Assembly: GCA_965235115.1 (NCBI GenBank)
Contig: OZ249437.1
Location: 23,374,001-23,438,000, forward strand
Source: Laetmonice hystrix
Lineage: Eukaryota
Direction: 5' to 3'
DNA length: 64,000 nt
The notes under the pieces were generated by a model. The model saw only the letters and a list, made by a program, of their open reading frames with translations. It was not told the DNA's origin and made no database searches. The translations under genes were made by a program, and so were the position numbers. Of the stretch, positions 12,926 through 24,714 are shown piece by piece (the first letter of the stretch is position 1; each line of letters starts with the position of its first letter).

Positions 12926-13831
12926 CGATCTGGAACGTGGGGCGGTGGACTCTCTATGTGGGGACTTTCCTACGTGTGGTATAGACTACACCATATCAAT
13001 ATCCCATTAACTGACAACGTACCGTCTGTTACTCTCATCAAATTACATCTATACTCCAGAAAGGTTCAATACCCAGTGATGTATAAAGTTGGGGGGGGGG
13101 GGCTAGGGGACGGGTTCAGCTCAGCCAATCAGGAGCGTTCAGTTTAAGCGTAAGTTTAAGCATTATCTTAAGTTTTGAAATAAGGTCTTGATCCGCGTTA
13201 AATCCATTCATTTCGCCATGTTTCGACCTTGGACCCCCCCCCCCTCCGCCCCCGCCACCAGCCGTGACCCTCCAGTTTAAGGTACGGTCGACAGGTACCA
13301 AGGCCAGCTGGCAGCCGCCCCACCGCTTCCATCTCTGCCCGCCCATCTGCTCAGCTGGCCCGCATCCACTGGTCACGGTATTCCACCCATTCTAATGGCC
13401 TACATCTTTATTGTAAACCTTCCAATATTCATGTGTCCTTAAACTTAGTGGTTTATCATAATCTGTCGAATTTTATGAGTGTGAAATGCACAGTTTGCAG
13501 ATATGGTAAAGTATCTGGACTGCAAATCGATATTTTTTGTAACATTCTGGGGGAGGGGGGGGGGGGGGGTTAGAGTACTTGGGTTATATATAGATGTGAC
13601 CATTGACATACCGGATACACTCCTGGCAGAAGGTCGTCAGGTCGTCCCAATCCAACCAGTGATGTCCATGTTGTGAGGAGATGGACATCACATCACGGGT
13701 CAACAGGTCATAGGTCATATCCGGCGCTGGACCAAGGTTTAAAAGTGAATATGTGTATAGTGAATACCGCCCCCCCCCCCACCCTCCTAAATGTGTGCGG
13801 CGGGGGGGGGGTCATTTGAATGATCTGGGCC

Positions 13832-14072
13832 CAGCAATCAGAAGTGTTAATATAACACGTGTGGCTGGTCTGCTTAGCCAATCAGAAGTGTTAATATAAC
13901 ACGTGTGGCTGGTCTGCTTAGCCAATCAGAAGTGTTAATATAACACGTGTGGCTGGTCTGCTTAGCCAATTAGAAGTGTTAATATAACACGTGTGGCTAG
14001 TCTGCTTAGCCAATCAGAAGTGTTAATATAACACGTGTGGCTGGTCTGCTTAGCCAATCAGAAGTGTTAATA
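13832..14072. repeat. Minisatellite, 44-bp unit, ~5.5 copies, derived from the MITE-like core
   Basis: Unit agccaatcagaagtgttaatataacacgtgtggctggtctgctt; shares tggctggtctgc and ccaatcagaag with the 46621 element. Confidence 0.92.
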
Positions 14073-14550
14073 TGACCTCCCCACACCCACCAAACCACCC
14101 AAACCATGACCTCCCCACACCCACCAAACCACCCAAACCATGACCTCCCCACACTCACCAAACCACCCAAACCATGACCTCCCCACACTCACCAAACCAC
14201 CCAAACCATGACCTCCCCACACCCACCAAACCACCCAAACCATGACCTCCCCACACCCACCAAACCACCCAAACCATGACCTCCCCACACTCACCAAACC
14301 ACCCAAACCATGACCTCCCCACACCCACCAAACCACCCAAACCATGACCTCCCCACACCCACCAAACCACCAAAACCATGACCTCCCCACACCCACCAAA
14401 CCACCCAAACCATGACCTCCCCACACCCACCAAACCACCCAAACCATGACCTCCCCACACCCACCAAACCACCCAAACCATGACCTCCCCACACCCACCA
14501 AACCATGACCTCCCCACACCCACCAAACCATGACCTCCCCACACCCATCA
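14073..14550. repeat. C-rich minisatellite, 34-bp unit, ~14 copies
   Basis: Unit ccatgacctccccacacccaccaaaccacccaaa; abuts the 44-bp array. Confidence 0.95.
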
Positions 14551-15182
14551 AACCGATCATACACTGAATACATCACCCCTGTCCCCGTGTATATGTTTTA
14601 GAGATTTTAGTCTTTTTTAAATCCTTTTTGTCGCTATGATTAACCTAATCATAATGGCTGGTTACAGAAGACCAGCGAAGAGTTAACTTAAAGCTTGAGT
14701 AAGATCTCAAGTTTTTAAAGCCTGGGCGACCACTTTGAGGCAGTGTTAATGACAAGGTTTAAAGTCGGTGTGTGCCAAGCCGGGCAGGTTGGCTGGTATG
14801 ATTAATAATGATCACCAGAGGATGTGTATGAACTCTCTCTCTGCTCCGATTCATCCACCAGGATATGATCACTGATGTCACGTTGCTATAGCGCCCATTA
14901 TGACATCATCACCAGTGTCCGCCAAGACATCATCACTGGCAGCGTTCAAGACGTCCCGAGGATGACATTAAACCGTTGTCATCGTCTCGGGGCCCCCAGG
15001 ACACGGAATCTGTAAACTTTATATTCCTCCTGGATCGGCGACAGTAACGTCATCACACCTGGCGGACTGACTAATTAGGTCAAGGTGTCCTCATAATGAG
15101 GTCAGGCGGACGCAACGGTTTCCTGGAAGTCGGAACATTCATATACTTTTCATATCTGTTTAATTCCCTACACCCTCTCCAA

Positions 15183-15573
15183 GGCCCGGTTTGTCAAAAC
15201 TTTAGAGTTTGCTTTCTGGAGCTTATCAGCTTAAGACTTCTGATTGGTTGGTCGCACCACACCAGCCATCAACTTAAGGCTTCTGATTGGTTGGTCGCAC
15301 CACACCAGCCATCAACTTAAGGCTTCTGATTGGTTGGTCGCACCACACCAGCCATCAGCTTAAGACTTCTGATTGGTTGGTCGCACCACACCAGCCATCA
15401 ACTTAAGGCTTCTGATTGGTTGGTCGCACCACACCAGCCATCAGCTTAAGACTTCTGATTGGTTGGTCGCACCACACCAGCCATCAACTTAAGGCTTCTG
15501 ATTGGTTGATCGCACCACACCAGCCAATCAGAAGCTTAAACTTAACAATGATCTCAAGTTTGTAAAACCGGAC
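15183..15573. mobile_element. MITE-like element with imperfect TIRs whose core is expanded into a 43-bp tandem array (~7 copies, 15229-15535)
   Basis: Left end ggcccggtttgtcaaaactt versus right-end reverse complement ggtccggttttacaaactt; internal unit ttaaggcttctgattggttggtcgcaccacaccagccatcaac; no clear TSD. Confidence 0.7.
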
Positions 15574-16369
15574 CATGTAGTATACAGTGAGACCGACTTC
15601 AGCAGGAGTCCACAAGCCGAGCGTTTAGAGGTCTGTTAGATGTCCTTCAGTCCGGATACAGTGACAGGACATGGTAACGAAAGCTGCCAAGTTCTCCCGT
15701 TATCAGACAAACTTGTTTTATTTTGAGATTTCTCTGTGAACCCAGGGCTGACCCCTGCTACCTTTGATAGTAGAATTAACTCTGACAGTTGTGAGACTGT
15801 CCCTATGATCAGAGACCATCACCTGCGGCCTGCCTGGCTGAATCATTGAACTACATCCCAGACTCTTGCTGTCAGCACTGATAGCTTTCCTGCCCCAGGT
15901 GTACCCAGCCTGCCATGGTTGGTATCACTTCACTGCAGGCAGACTGGTACAGCTGCCAGCACTGCCAGCTTGAGCATCCCTCTCACCTCTCACAGTCTCC
16001 CTCACCAATCTCAAACTTACTACTTCATCTCCACCCTCTGTATGGTAATCCCTGCACCAGGAATGTCACACCTCACGCCATTCTGGGATGACGAAAGGCA
16101 TAGCTGTATTTTATTTTAATCAGTTGCACTTAGCTTTCACAGTGTTTGCTCCTTGCTTGGTCATTGACCAGGTCATGTGAGACTGGCTCCAGTTTAGGAT
16201 CATAGATTTGGTTCCCGGCCAAATACTGTTCATCGAAGTCACACTACAAACACTAACCCATCACAGTGTATCTTTGCCCGCCCTACCTTTAGACCATACT
16301 GGGGGGGGGGGGGGGGGGGGGGTGAAAGACTACAGCTAGGACCATACTGATGGGTCTCCTACTCTCAGT

Positions 16370-16502
16370 GGACCGTGCCAGCCACTGTGTGGACCGTGTC
16401 AATGGACCGTTCCAGCCAGTGTGGACCGTTCCAGCCACTGGGTGGACCGTGTCAGGGGACCGTGCCAGCCAGTGCGGACCGTGCCAGCCAGTGTGTGGAC
16501 CC
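16370..16502. repeat. Degenerate ~19-21-bp tandem repeat, ~6 copies
   Basis: gtggaccgtgccagcca motif. Confidence 0.8.
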
Positions 16503-18227
16503 GGCCCTCAGCACTTCAAGTGTAAAAGCCTTCTGTAAACTGCCGCCTTTAGATCAAAGGTTAGAGAATTTGAAAGTCAGAACCGGCATAAAAGAGCCAC
16601 CCTGGCAGCCATTTACTATAATTTGCCTATTTGTGGGTGTGTCGTGTTTTTATTATTGCTTTTGATTTGTAAGAAAAAGTGCAGATTTATCACAAAACGA
16701 AGTGAGAAAAATGTGTTTACATCTTAAAGATCAAGGAAGGAATAGTTCCAGGCGATGACCGGCCATACCTGGCGTGCTGGTAAAAGGAAGCGGTCAGGTT
16801 TTTCGTTTTAATTCTATCTTGGTAAGAGTTGTGTGGTGTGTGAGTGGGAGGGGTGGGGTGGGGTGAGGGGGCATGCCCCAGTCCACGTGTCGTCTCTGTA
16901 ATTAGTCAAACTCCCACAAATACGTTCTCATAACGCCCACCCAGACCCAGTCGGCCGCAGCTATCCGTACACACACCTCGAACACGTTCAGTCACACCGA
17001 CAGAACAGTTTTTATACATTATGTTGACATAATTTCTTTTACCCTTAACACGATCTTACCTATGCTTGGTTATCCACCATGTGGGAGTAAATATCATGCT
17101 GGTCACTGGTCTTCATGGTCCATGGTTTGTGGTAATGTAAACTAATATACACTAGGAAGGAGAGAGATAGAGAGGGAATAAAAAACCGATCTTAGTCTTG
17201 GTTTAGGGGTTAAGGTTTACTAGATATTCTGCCAGTTAGATCTGTGAGCTGCCAGGAGTTACTACACACTCTGTTTACCCTAGAAACCGCCACCACTTGT
17301 GCCAGAGCCCATTATTAATGCCCAACCCTACACCATCCCAGCATTATTCACCTTCCTAATTTATCAATAATCATTCACATTGTCAATTTTTGATGAAGTT
17401 AATCTGAAAATGTACACAGGAATTGTAGAGCGGAGGAGGTAGTGGAAAGTTACCGTCTCCAGCCCGCCTACCCGTCGCGCGGAGTGTGCATATAGACGGG
17501 CTGACGATGATTATTGTATGATGTTTCCTTGAGGCGTGCCCAGCCGTGGACCCTCTACTCCACAGTTAACACGGTACATCAAGATAGTACCACTGCCAAC
17601 TGACTGAGAAACGGAAGAAAAACCACACCAGCTCTCTCACTAATGACCCAATCTCGCAGCTACAAAGATGTAAGGAGTTTTGTACGGACCGCTTGTTACA
17701 ACTCGGATAACAAGATGGCAATATACTAATTTAAAAATATCTATATAACATATCCTGAGATAGGTTGAGTGTGGGTTTTTTCATATTGACCCACAAGATC
17801 ATACGGAACCATGTCATCATTTCACCTGGGATTACATGATGGTCTGGTTCATACCATACGTCAGCTAAGGACATGTTAGGCGGCTTTCCCGCCAATCCTT
17901 TCCCCCCCTGCAAATCCCCTTTCATGTACAGCATACAGAGTGTTCCCTTCCTTTTGAATTTTCTTTTTCTATATTTAATGCATACGTGGATTTCTTGAAG
18001 GGATCATTTGTCACATAATATCGTAATGAATTTAGCCAAGCAACAATTTTTAAACCTAATTTTTCCCTTTCTCTAAGGAGTAAAGATCTTAATGATTCGC
18101 TACACCTCAAGGTGTTTTAATTCAGGAATTGAACTAGGTCAGGATACACAAGCAATTAACACGTGTAAATGGTTGCCGTGGATTATGTGTGCGAGGGTGT
18201 TGAATGATGAATGTGGGAATCTCAGAA

Positions 18228-18945
18228 AGTGTGTGCTCTTCATGGCATGAGGACGTCAGGAAGAGATGAAGGATCTCTGTGTGTTCTTCACGGCATGAGG
18301 ACGTCAGGAAGAGATGAAGGATCTCTGTGTGTTCTTCACGGCATGAGGACGTCAGGAAGAGATGAAGGATCTCTGTGTGCTCTTCACGGCATGAGGACGT
18401 GAGGAAGAGATGAAGGATCTCTGTGTGTTCTTCACGGCATGAGGACGTCAGGAAGAGATGAAGGATCTCTGTGTGTTATTCACGGCATGAGGACGTCAGG
18501 AAGAGATGAAGGATCTCTGTGTGTTCTTCACGGCATGAGGACGTCAGGAAGTGGTCTCTGTGTGTTCTTCACGGCATGAGGACGTCAGGAAGAGATGAAG
18601 GATCTCTGTGTGTTATTCACGGCATGAGGACGTCAGGAAGTGATGAAGGATCTCTGTGTGTTCTTCACGGCATGAGGACGTCAGGAAGAGATGAAGGATC
18701 TCTGTGTGTTATTCATGGCATGAGGACGTCAGGAAGAGATGAAGGATCTCTGTGTGTTCTTCACGGCATGGGGACGTCAGGAAGAGATGAAGTATCTCTG
18801 TGTGTTCTTCACGGCATGAGGACGTCAGGAAGAGATGGAGGATCTCTATGTGTTCTTCACGGCATGAGGACGTCAGGAAGAGATGAAGGATCTCTGTGTG
18901 CTCTTCACGGCATGAGGACGTCATCAAGAGATGAAGGATCTCTTT
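18228..18945. repeat. Minisatellite, 48-bp unit, ~15 copies
   Basis: Unit gtgtgttcttcacggcatgaggacgtcaggaagagatgaaggatctct. Confidence 0.95.
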
Positions 18946-19071
18946 CCTCGGGCCACGGCCACCATCATATCTTGTAGAATGATAGGAGTGACACGATAAA
19001 CGGCTGGGTAACATGTGGAACTATTGAACTGTGAGATAAAGGTTTGTGTTGGTGACGTAAACCGATCGGTC

Positions 19072-21895
19072 TCTTTATGTCCAGAGACGGGCAGTGTGCT
19101 GGGGCTGGACCTTACTTTATGTCCAGTGACGGGGGAGGTCGGGCAGTGTGCTGGGGCTGGGCCTTTACTTTATGTCCAGAGACGGGGGGAGGTCGGGCAG
19201 TGTGCTGGGGCTGGGCCTTTACTTTATGTCCAGAGACGGGGGGAGGTCGGGCAGTGTGCTGGGGCTGGGCCTTTACTTTATGTCCGGAGACGGGGGGAGG
19301 TCGGGCAGTGTGCTGGGGCTGGGCCGTTACTTTATGTCCGGAGACGGGGAAGGTCGGGCAGTGTGCTGGGGCTGGGCCTTTACTTTATGTCCGGAGACGG
19401 GTGAGGTCGGGCAGTGTGCTGGGGCTGGGCCTTTACTTTATGTCCAGAGACGGGGGAGGTCGGACAGTATGCTGGGGCTGGGCCTTTACTTTATGTCCAG
19501 AGACGGGGGAGGTCGGGCAGTGTGCTCGGGCTGGGCCTTTACTTTATGTCCAGAGACGGGGGAGGTCGGGCAGTGTGCTGGGGCTGGGCCTTTACTTTAT
19601 GTCCAGAGACGGGGGAGGTCGGGCAGTGTGCTGGGGCTGGGCCTTTACTTTATGTCCGGAGACGGGGGAGGTCGGGCAGTGTGCTGGGGCTGGGCCTTTA
19701 CTTTATGTCCGGAGACGGGGGGAGGTCGGGCAGTGTGCTGGGGCTGGGCCGTTACTTTATGTCCGGAGACGGGGGAGGTCGGGCAGTGTGCTGGGGCTGG
19801 GCCTTTACTTTATGTCCGGAGACGGGGGGAGGTCGGGCAGTGTGCTGGGGCTGGGCCGTTACTTTATGTCCGGAGACGGGGGAGGTCGGGCAGTGTGCTG
19901 GGGCTGGGCCTTTACTTTATGTCCAGAGACGGGGGAGGTCGGGCAGTGTGCTGGGGCTGGGCCTTTACTTTATGTCCAGAGACGGGGGAGGTCGGGCAGT
20001 GTGCTGGGGCTGGGCCTTTACTTTATGTCCGGAGACGGGGGGAGGTCGGGCAGTGTGCTGGGGCTGGGCCTTTACTTTATGTCCAGAGACGGGGGAGGTC
20101 GGGCAGTGTGCTGGGGCTGGGCCTTTACTTTATGTCCAGAGACGGGGGAGGTCGGGCAGTGTGCTGGGGCTGGGCCTTTACTTTATGTCCGGAGACGGGG
20201 GAGGTCGGGCAGTGTGCTGGGGCTGGGCCTTTACTTTATGTCCGGAGACGGGGGGAGGTCGGGCAGTGTGCTGGGGCTGGGCCGTTACTTTATGTCCGGA
20301 GACGGGGGAGGTCGGGCAGTGTGCTGGGGCTGGGCCTTTACTTTATGTCCGGAGACGGGGGGAGGTCGGGCAGTGTGCTGGGGCTGGGCCGTTACTTTAT
20401 GTCCGGAGACGGGGAAGGTCGGGCAGTGTGCTGGGGCTGGGCCTTTACTTTATGTCCGGAGACGGGGGAGGTCGGGCAGTGTGCTGGGGCTGGGCCTTTA
20501 CTTTATGTCCAGAGACGGGGGAGGTCGGGCAGTGTGCTGGGGCTGGACCTTACTTTATGTCCAGTGACGGGGGAGGTCGGGCAGTGTGCTGGGGCTGGGC
20601 CTTTACTTTATGTCCAGAGACGGGGGGAGGTCGGGCAGTGTGCTGGGGCTGGGCCTTTACTTTATGTCCAGAGACGGGGGGAGGTCGGGCAGTGTGCTGG
20701 GGCTGGGCCTTTACTTTATGTCCGGAGACGGGGGGAGGTCGGGCAGTGTGCTGGGGCTGGGCCGTTACTTTATGTCCGGAGACGGGGAAGGTCGGGCAGT
20801 GTGCTGGGGCTGGGCCTTTACTTTATGTCCGGAGACGGGTGAGGTCGGGCAGTGTGCTGGGGCTGGGCCTTTACTTTATGTCCAGAGACGGGGGAGGTCG
20901 GACAGTATGCTGGGGCTGGGCCTTTACTTTATGTCCAGAGACGGGGGAGGTCGGGCAGTGTGCTGGGGCTGGGCCTTTACTTTATGTCCAGAGACGGGGG
21001 AGGTCGGGCAGTGTGCTGGGGCTGGGCCTTTACTTTATGTCCAGAGACGGGGGAGGTCGGGCAGTGTGCTGGGGCTGGGCCTTTACTTTATGTCCGGAGA
21101 CGGGGGAGGTCGGGCAGTGTGCTGGGGCTGGGCCTTTACTTTATGTCCGGAGACGGGGGGAGGTCGGGCAGTGTGCTGGGGCTGGGCCGTTACTTTATGT
21201 CCGGAGACGGGGGAGGTCGGGCAGTGTGCTGGGGCTGGGCCTTTACTTTATGTCCGGAGACGGGGGGAGGTCGGGCAGTGTGCTGGGGCTGGGCCGTTAC
21301 TTTATGTCCGGAGACGGGGGAGGTCGGGCAGTGTGCTGGGGCTGGGCCTTTACTTTATGTCCAGAGACGGGGGAGGTCGGGCAGTGTGCTGGGGCTGGGC
21401 CTTTACTTTATGTCCAGAGACGGGGGAGGTCGGGCAGTGTGCTGGGGCTGGGCCTTTACTTTATGTCCGGAGACGGGGGGAGGTCGGGCAGTGTGCTGGG
21501 GCTGGGCCTTTACTTTATGTCCAGAGACGGGGGAGGTCGGGCAGTGTGCTGGGGCTGGGCCTTTACTTTATGTCCGGAGACGGGGGGAGGTCGGGCAGTG
21601 TGCTGGGGCTGGGCCGTTACTTTATGTCCGGAGACGGGGAAGGTCGGGCAGTGTGCTGGGGCTGGGCCTTTACTTTATGTCCGGAGACGGGGGAGGTCGG
21701 GCAGTGTGCTGGGGCTGGGCCTTTACTTTATGTCCGGAGACGGGGGAGGTCGGGCAGTGTGCTGGGGCTGGGCCTTTACTTTATGTCCGGAGACGGGGGA
21801 GGTCGGGCAGTGTGCTGGGGCTGGGCCTTTACTTTATGTCCAGAGACGGGGGAGGTCGGGACCGTTGCTTTATGTCCAGAGACGGGGGACGAGGT
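19072..21895. repeat. Minisatellite, 53/54-bp unit, ~53 copies, with a 1438-bp higher-order duplication
   Basis: Unit gggcagtgtgctggggctgggcctttactttatgtccagagacgggggaggtc; rare variants recur at +1438. Confidence 0.97.
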
Positions 21896-22842
21896 GTGCT
21901 CCCCCCCTGCCTGTCCTATTTTACTACTGTCATGTACATGATAAAAGCTGCAAACTTCTCACGTTGTTGTCACTTAGACTGTGTACACTGGTCGGTCTGA
22001 ACAGATGGTAATATCCCAGACCTCAGGGTTATAATTATAATTTGTTGAAGGCACACCACAGCCACATCATACAGGAGTTGATTTATGAATCCCAGAGTGC
22101 TGATGTTAATAGGATCAGTTCAGGTTGGTGACATTGAGGGGCTGTCAACTGGTTGAATAGGTACATGTGCCGAATAGAAAGCTTAGGGTGAGCTTTGTAA
22201 ATTCCCCGTGTCAGGTGAAGTAATTGTACTGGTAAAAGCAGGCCTAGTGGTTTATAAACAGGTAAGTATGTCAGTGGAAGGGCTGTGACCACCAGCTGAT
22301 TGACAGCTATACAGGTCATGTGTGGGGTCAACAGTGAAGCTGACTGCGATCTTAGACCTTGACATAACTTAACATATAAATCACCCCTACCACACCATTA
22401 TAGAATGGTGCATGGATCCTTTGACAGTCTCCCTTACCATTTCACTCCTATATCATAAATGGTTTACATGAAAGCCACACAATAAGATAACCACACACAT
22501 GGAATGCCTCAGAAGAAAACTCCATCAATAGAAACACATTTCTCAGTACTGGCCCAAACTGAATGTCAAATTTTCAGTAGTAATTACACTGGTGAAAATG
22601 AAAGCAGTGGAAGCCGAGGCTCAGACCGCCATAAAACGGCTACAGCTCGTGGTGCTTCCATACAAGGGGTTTACATGTGTGGAGGGCGGGAGGGAGGCCC
22701 ACTCCTGCCTCAGTATACGGCAGGTGTTCTCATAACTGATCTAGGTATTTGGCACAACTTTCACACACCATGCAGGCAGGCACCCCAATATTCTGAGCTC
22801 CCTTCAGTGAGTGAAGGTCACAAACCGCTTAATCCTTGACAA

Positions 22843-22996
22843 CCACCTAGAACATCTCAAACTGGGCACCCTCTCAAAGCTATCATTATCAACAATGTAC
22901 AACAAATTAAAAAATACACCACCTAGAACATCTCAAACTGGGCACCCTCTCAAAGCTATCATTATCAACAATGTACAACAAATTAAAAAATACACC
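22843..22996. repeat. Tandem duplication, 76 bp x2
   Basis: ccacctagaacatctcaaactgggcaccctc...aaaaaataca starts at 22843 and 22919. Confidence 0.92.
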
Positions 22997-24330
22997 CACA
23001 ATATCCTAACGTTCCAACATTATCTTAATCTTATTCTACCCCATCAAACTAAATTTTGGGAGAGAGATGTGATTTCCAGCTGACTGTAGACAGGTTGACC
23101 TGGGTGAATCTAGTATCACTCTGCAATCTTCTCAATTAGGTCTTGCTGACAGAACTCTCCAATTTCTCCAATTTGTGGACTGAACCTTGACTTAACTCAG
23201 TCAGTATTCTCTATTTAACTGGATCAACGATATTGACTGAAATCTTCCAAATTAGGGCTCCCTCAATCAGTTTTGGTTAAAAATTTACCCTTTACATTTC
23301 TAAGTCGAGAACAGTCTCCACTTTACTAACATTGCTGGTTAAACCCTAATAAAACCTGTGGGAGGACAAAAATAAAGAATTTACAGTAAGTAGGTATGGA
23401 TCAGGCAATATATGTTGGCTGAAAGGCTGGGGTGGTATCATTTAAAATGGACAGATGACCAAGTAGTTAAACACAAAGAGGCTACGATTTCCCGCAGGCG
23501 AGAGATCACCTCCACAATGGCTGGCAATCAAAGGCTAACCAGACTGGATTAGTGATATTTGGGAAGGAGGCCGACACATTTATCACAGGTCACCATATGC
23601 TATATACGGCAAGGATAACGAGTGGAGTTCTCGAGTCGTTATTCTGGCAGTGGAGACGACATTGCAGAGAATAAGTGTTTATTATGATTCACAGACAGCT
23701 GTAGGTCGATGGTTTAGGTTAGAGGGTCACCCTGGACGGTTTCTGAGAGAGGGGTTGGGGGGTCGGGGTGGGGGGTTATTCCCTAGTACCCTAGTTTACA
23801 GTGTTGTGTATGTGTCAGCTGGCTGGCAACCAGGTGAGCGTGCCCCACCTGTAGGACAGGAGTCGTCATGGTCGCGACACGGCCCGCCCGACCGCCCACC
23901 CACCACCGCTACATCTCTGTGAGAGGCTGTCTGTCAGCACCCACGGCTGGCTCCCCCCTCTCCGCTCGCTCAGGTAGGGTCTAGTAGGATCTAATCCTCC
24001 CATTCCTACAGTCTCATTTAAAACATCTAAATACGTCAATGATATATTTCAAGGATGATAATTATTATGTCTCTGCCCAATATGGACTCCAAAAACACCC
24101 CAAAAATGGAGCTAGTTTTCTTTTATAACGATTTCTGTAAGCACAATCTTACTCAAGCGAATCTTGGGAGTGAAGAGATAGCATCTCTGCACTGCCCAAG
24201 CATAAAATTCAATCATTTTTCCCTCTCCCTCTATGGGCATCTCCAAAAAGGACATAAACCACAGACCCAATCGAGATGAATCTGGACCGTTTAAACAAGT
24301 CAGTATCATGTGAGGGAGGAAAGTTAAAAA

Positions 24331-24384
24331 CTTGGTGGTCGTCCAACATGGTCACCTCTTGGTGGTCGTCCAACATGGTCACCT
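24331..24384. repeat. Tandem duplication, 27 bp x2
   Basis: cttggtggtcgtccaacatggtcacct twice. Confidence 0.88.
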
Positions 24385-24714
24385 GTGTCTTCAGTCGGAG
24401 ATAAAACACCTGACCAGGGATATTAGTTGTGATATAGTGTCATCTTGAGTTCTAACTGTCCCTCGGAAACGAGAACTTAACCTATAAAATGGCAGATATT
24501 ATAAATCCCTCTACACCAGGAGGGGGACCACCTTCCAGACAAGCACCTGTGTGGACTGCACTTATGCTGAATGCACTTCATTGCTTTTCCAGTGTAGATT
24601 AGACTTGGCAAGCACTTGGCGGAGAGGTGTTTACGAAGGTAGGACGTGCTGCTGGCGAGGTTAGCTGGGAGATTTGGCTGCCAGAGTCTTGGGAAGTGTT
24701 CGGGCCACAGAACA

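Noticed and set aside
12961-12970. Canonical kappaB site GGGACTTTCC
   Set aside because: An isolated 10-mer; a chance hit is plausible given the number of motifs scanned.
17731-18110. Two adjacent minus-strand ORFs in AT-rich DNA; KSTYALNIEK faintly like L1/Tx1 ORF2
   Set aside because: The similarity is too short, the frames are broken, and there are no RT or endonuclease motifs.
19077-22011. Very long overlapping ORFs (up to 865 aa)
   Set aside because: The 53/54-bp unit has no stop codon in any plus-strand frame and frames rotate every unit; this is an array artefact.
23085-23356. Strong minus-strand acceptor (ttctttatttttgtcctcccacag)
   Set aside because: All three downstream frames stop within 10 codons; no support for coding.
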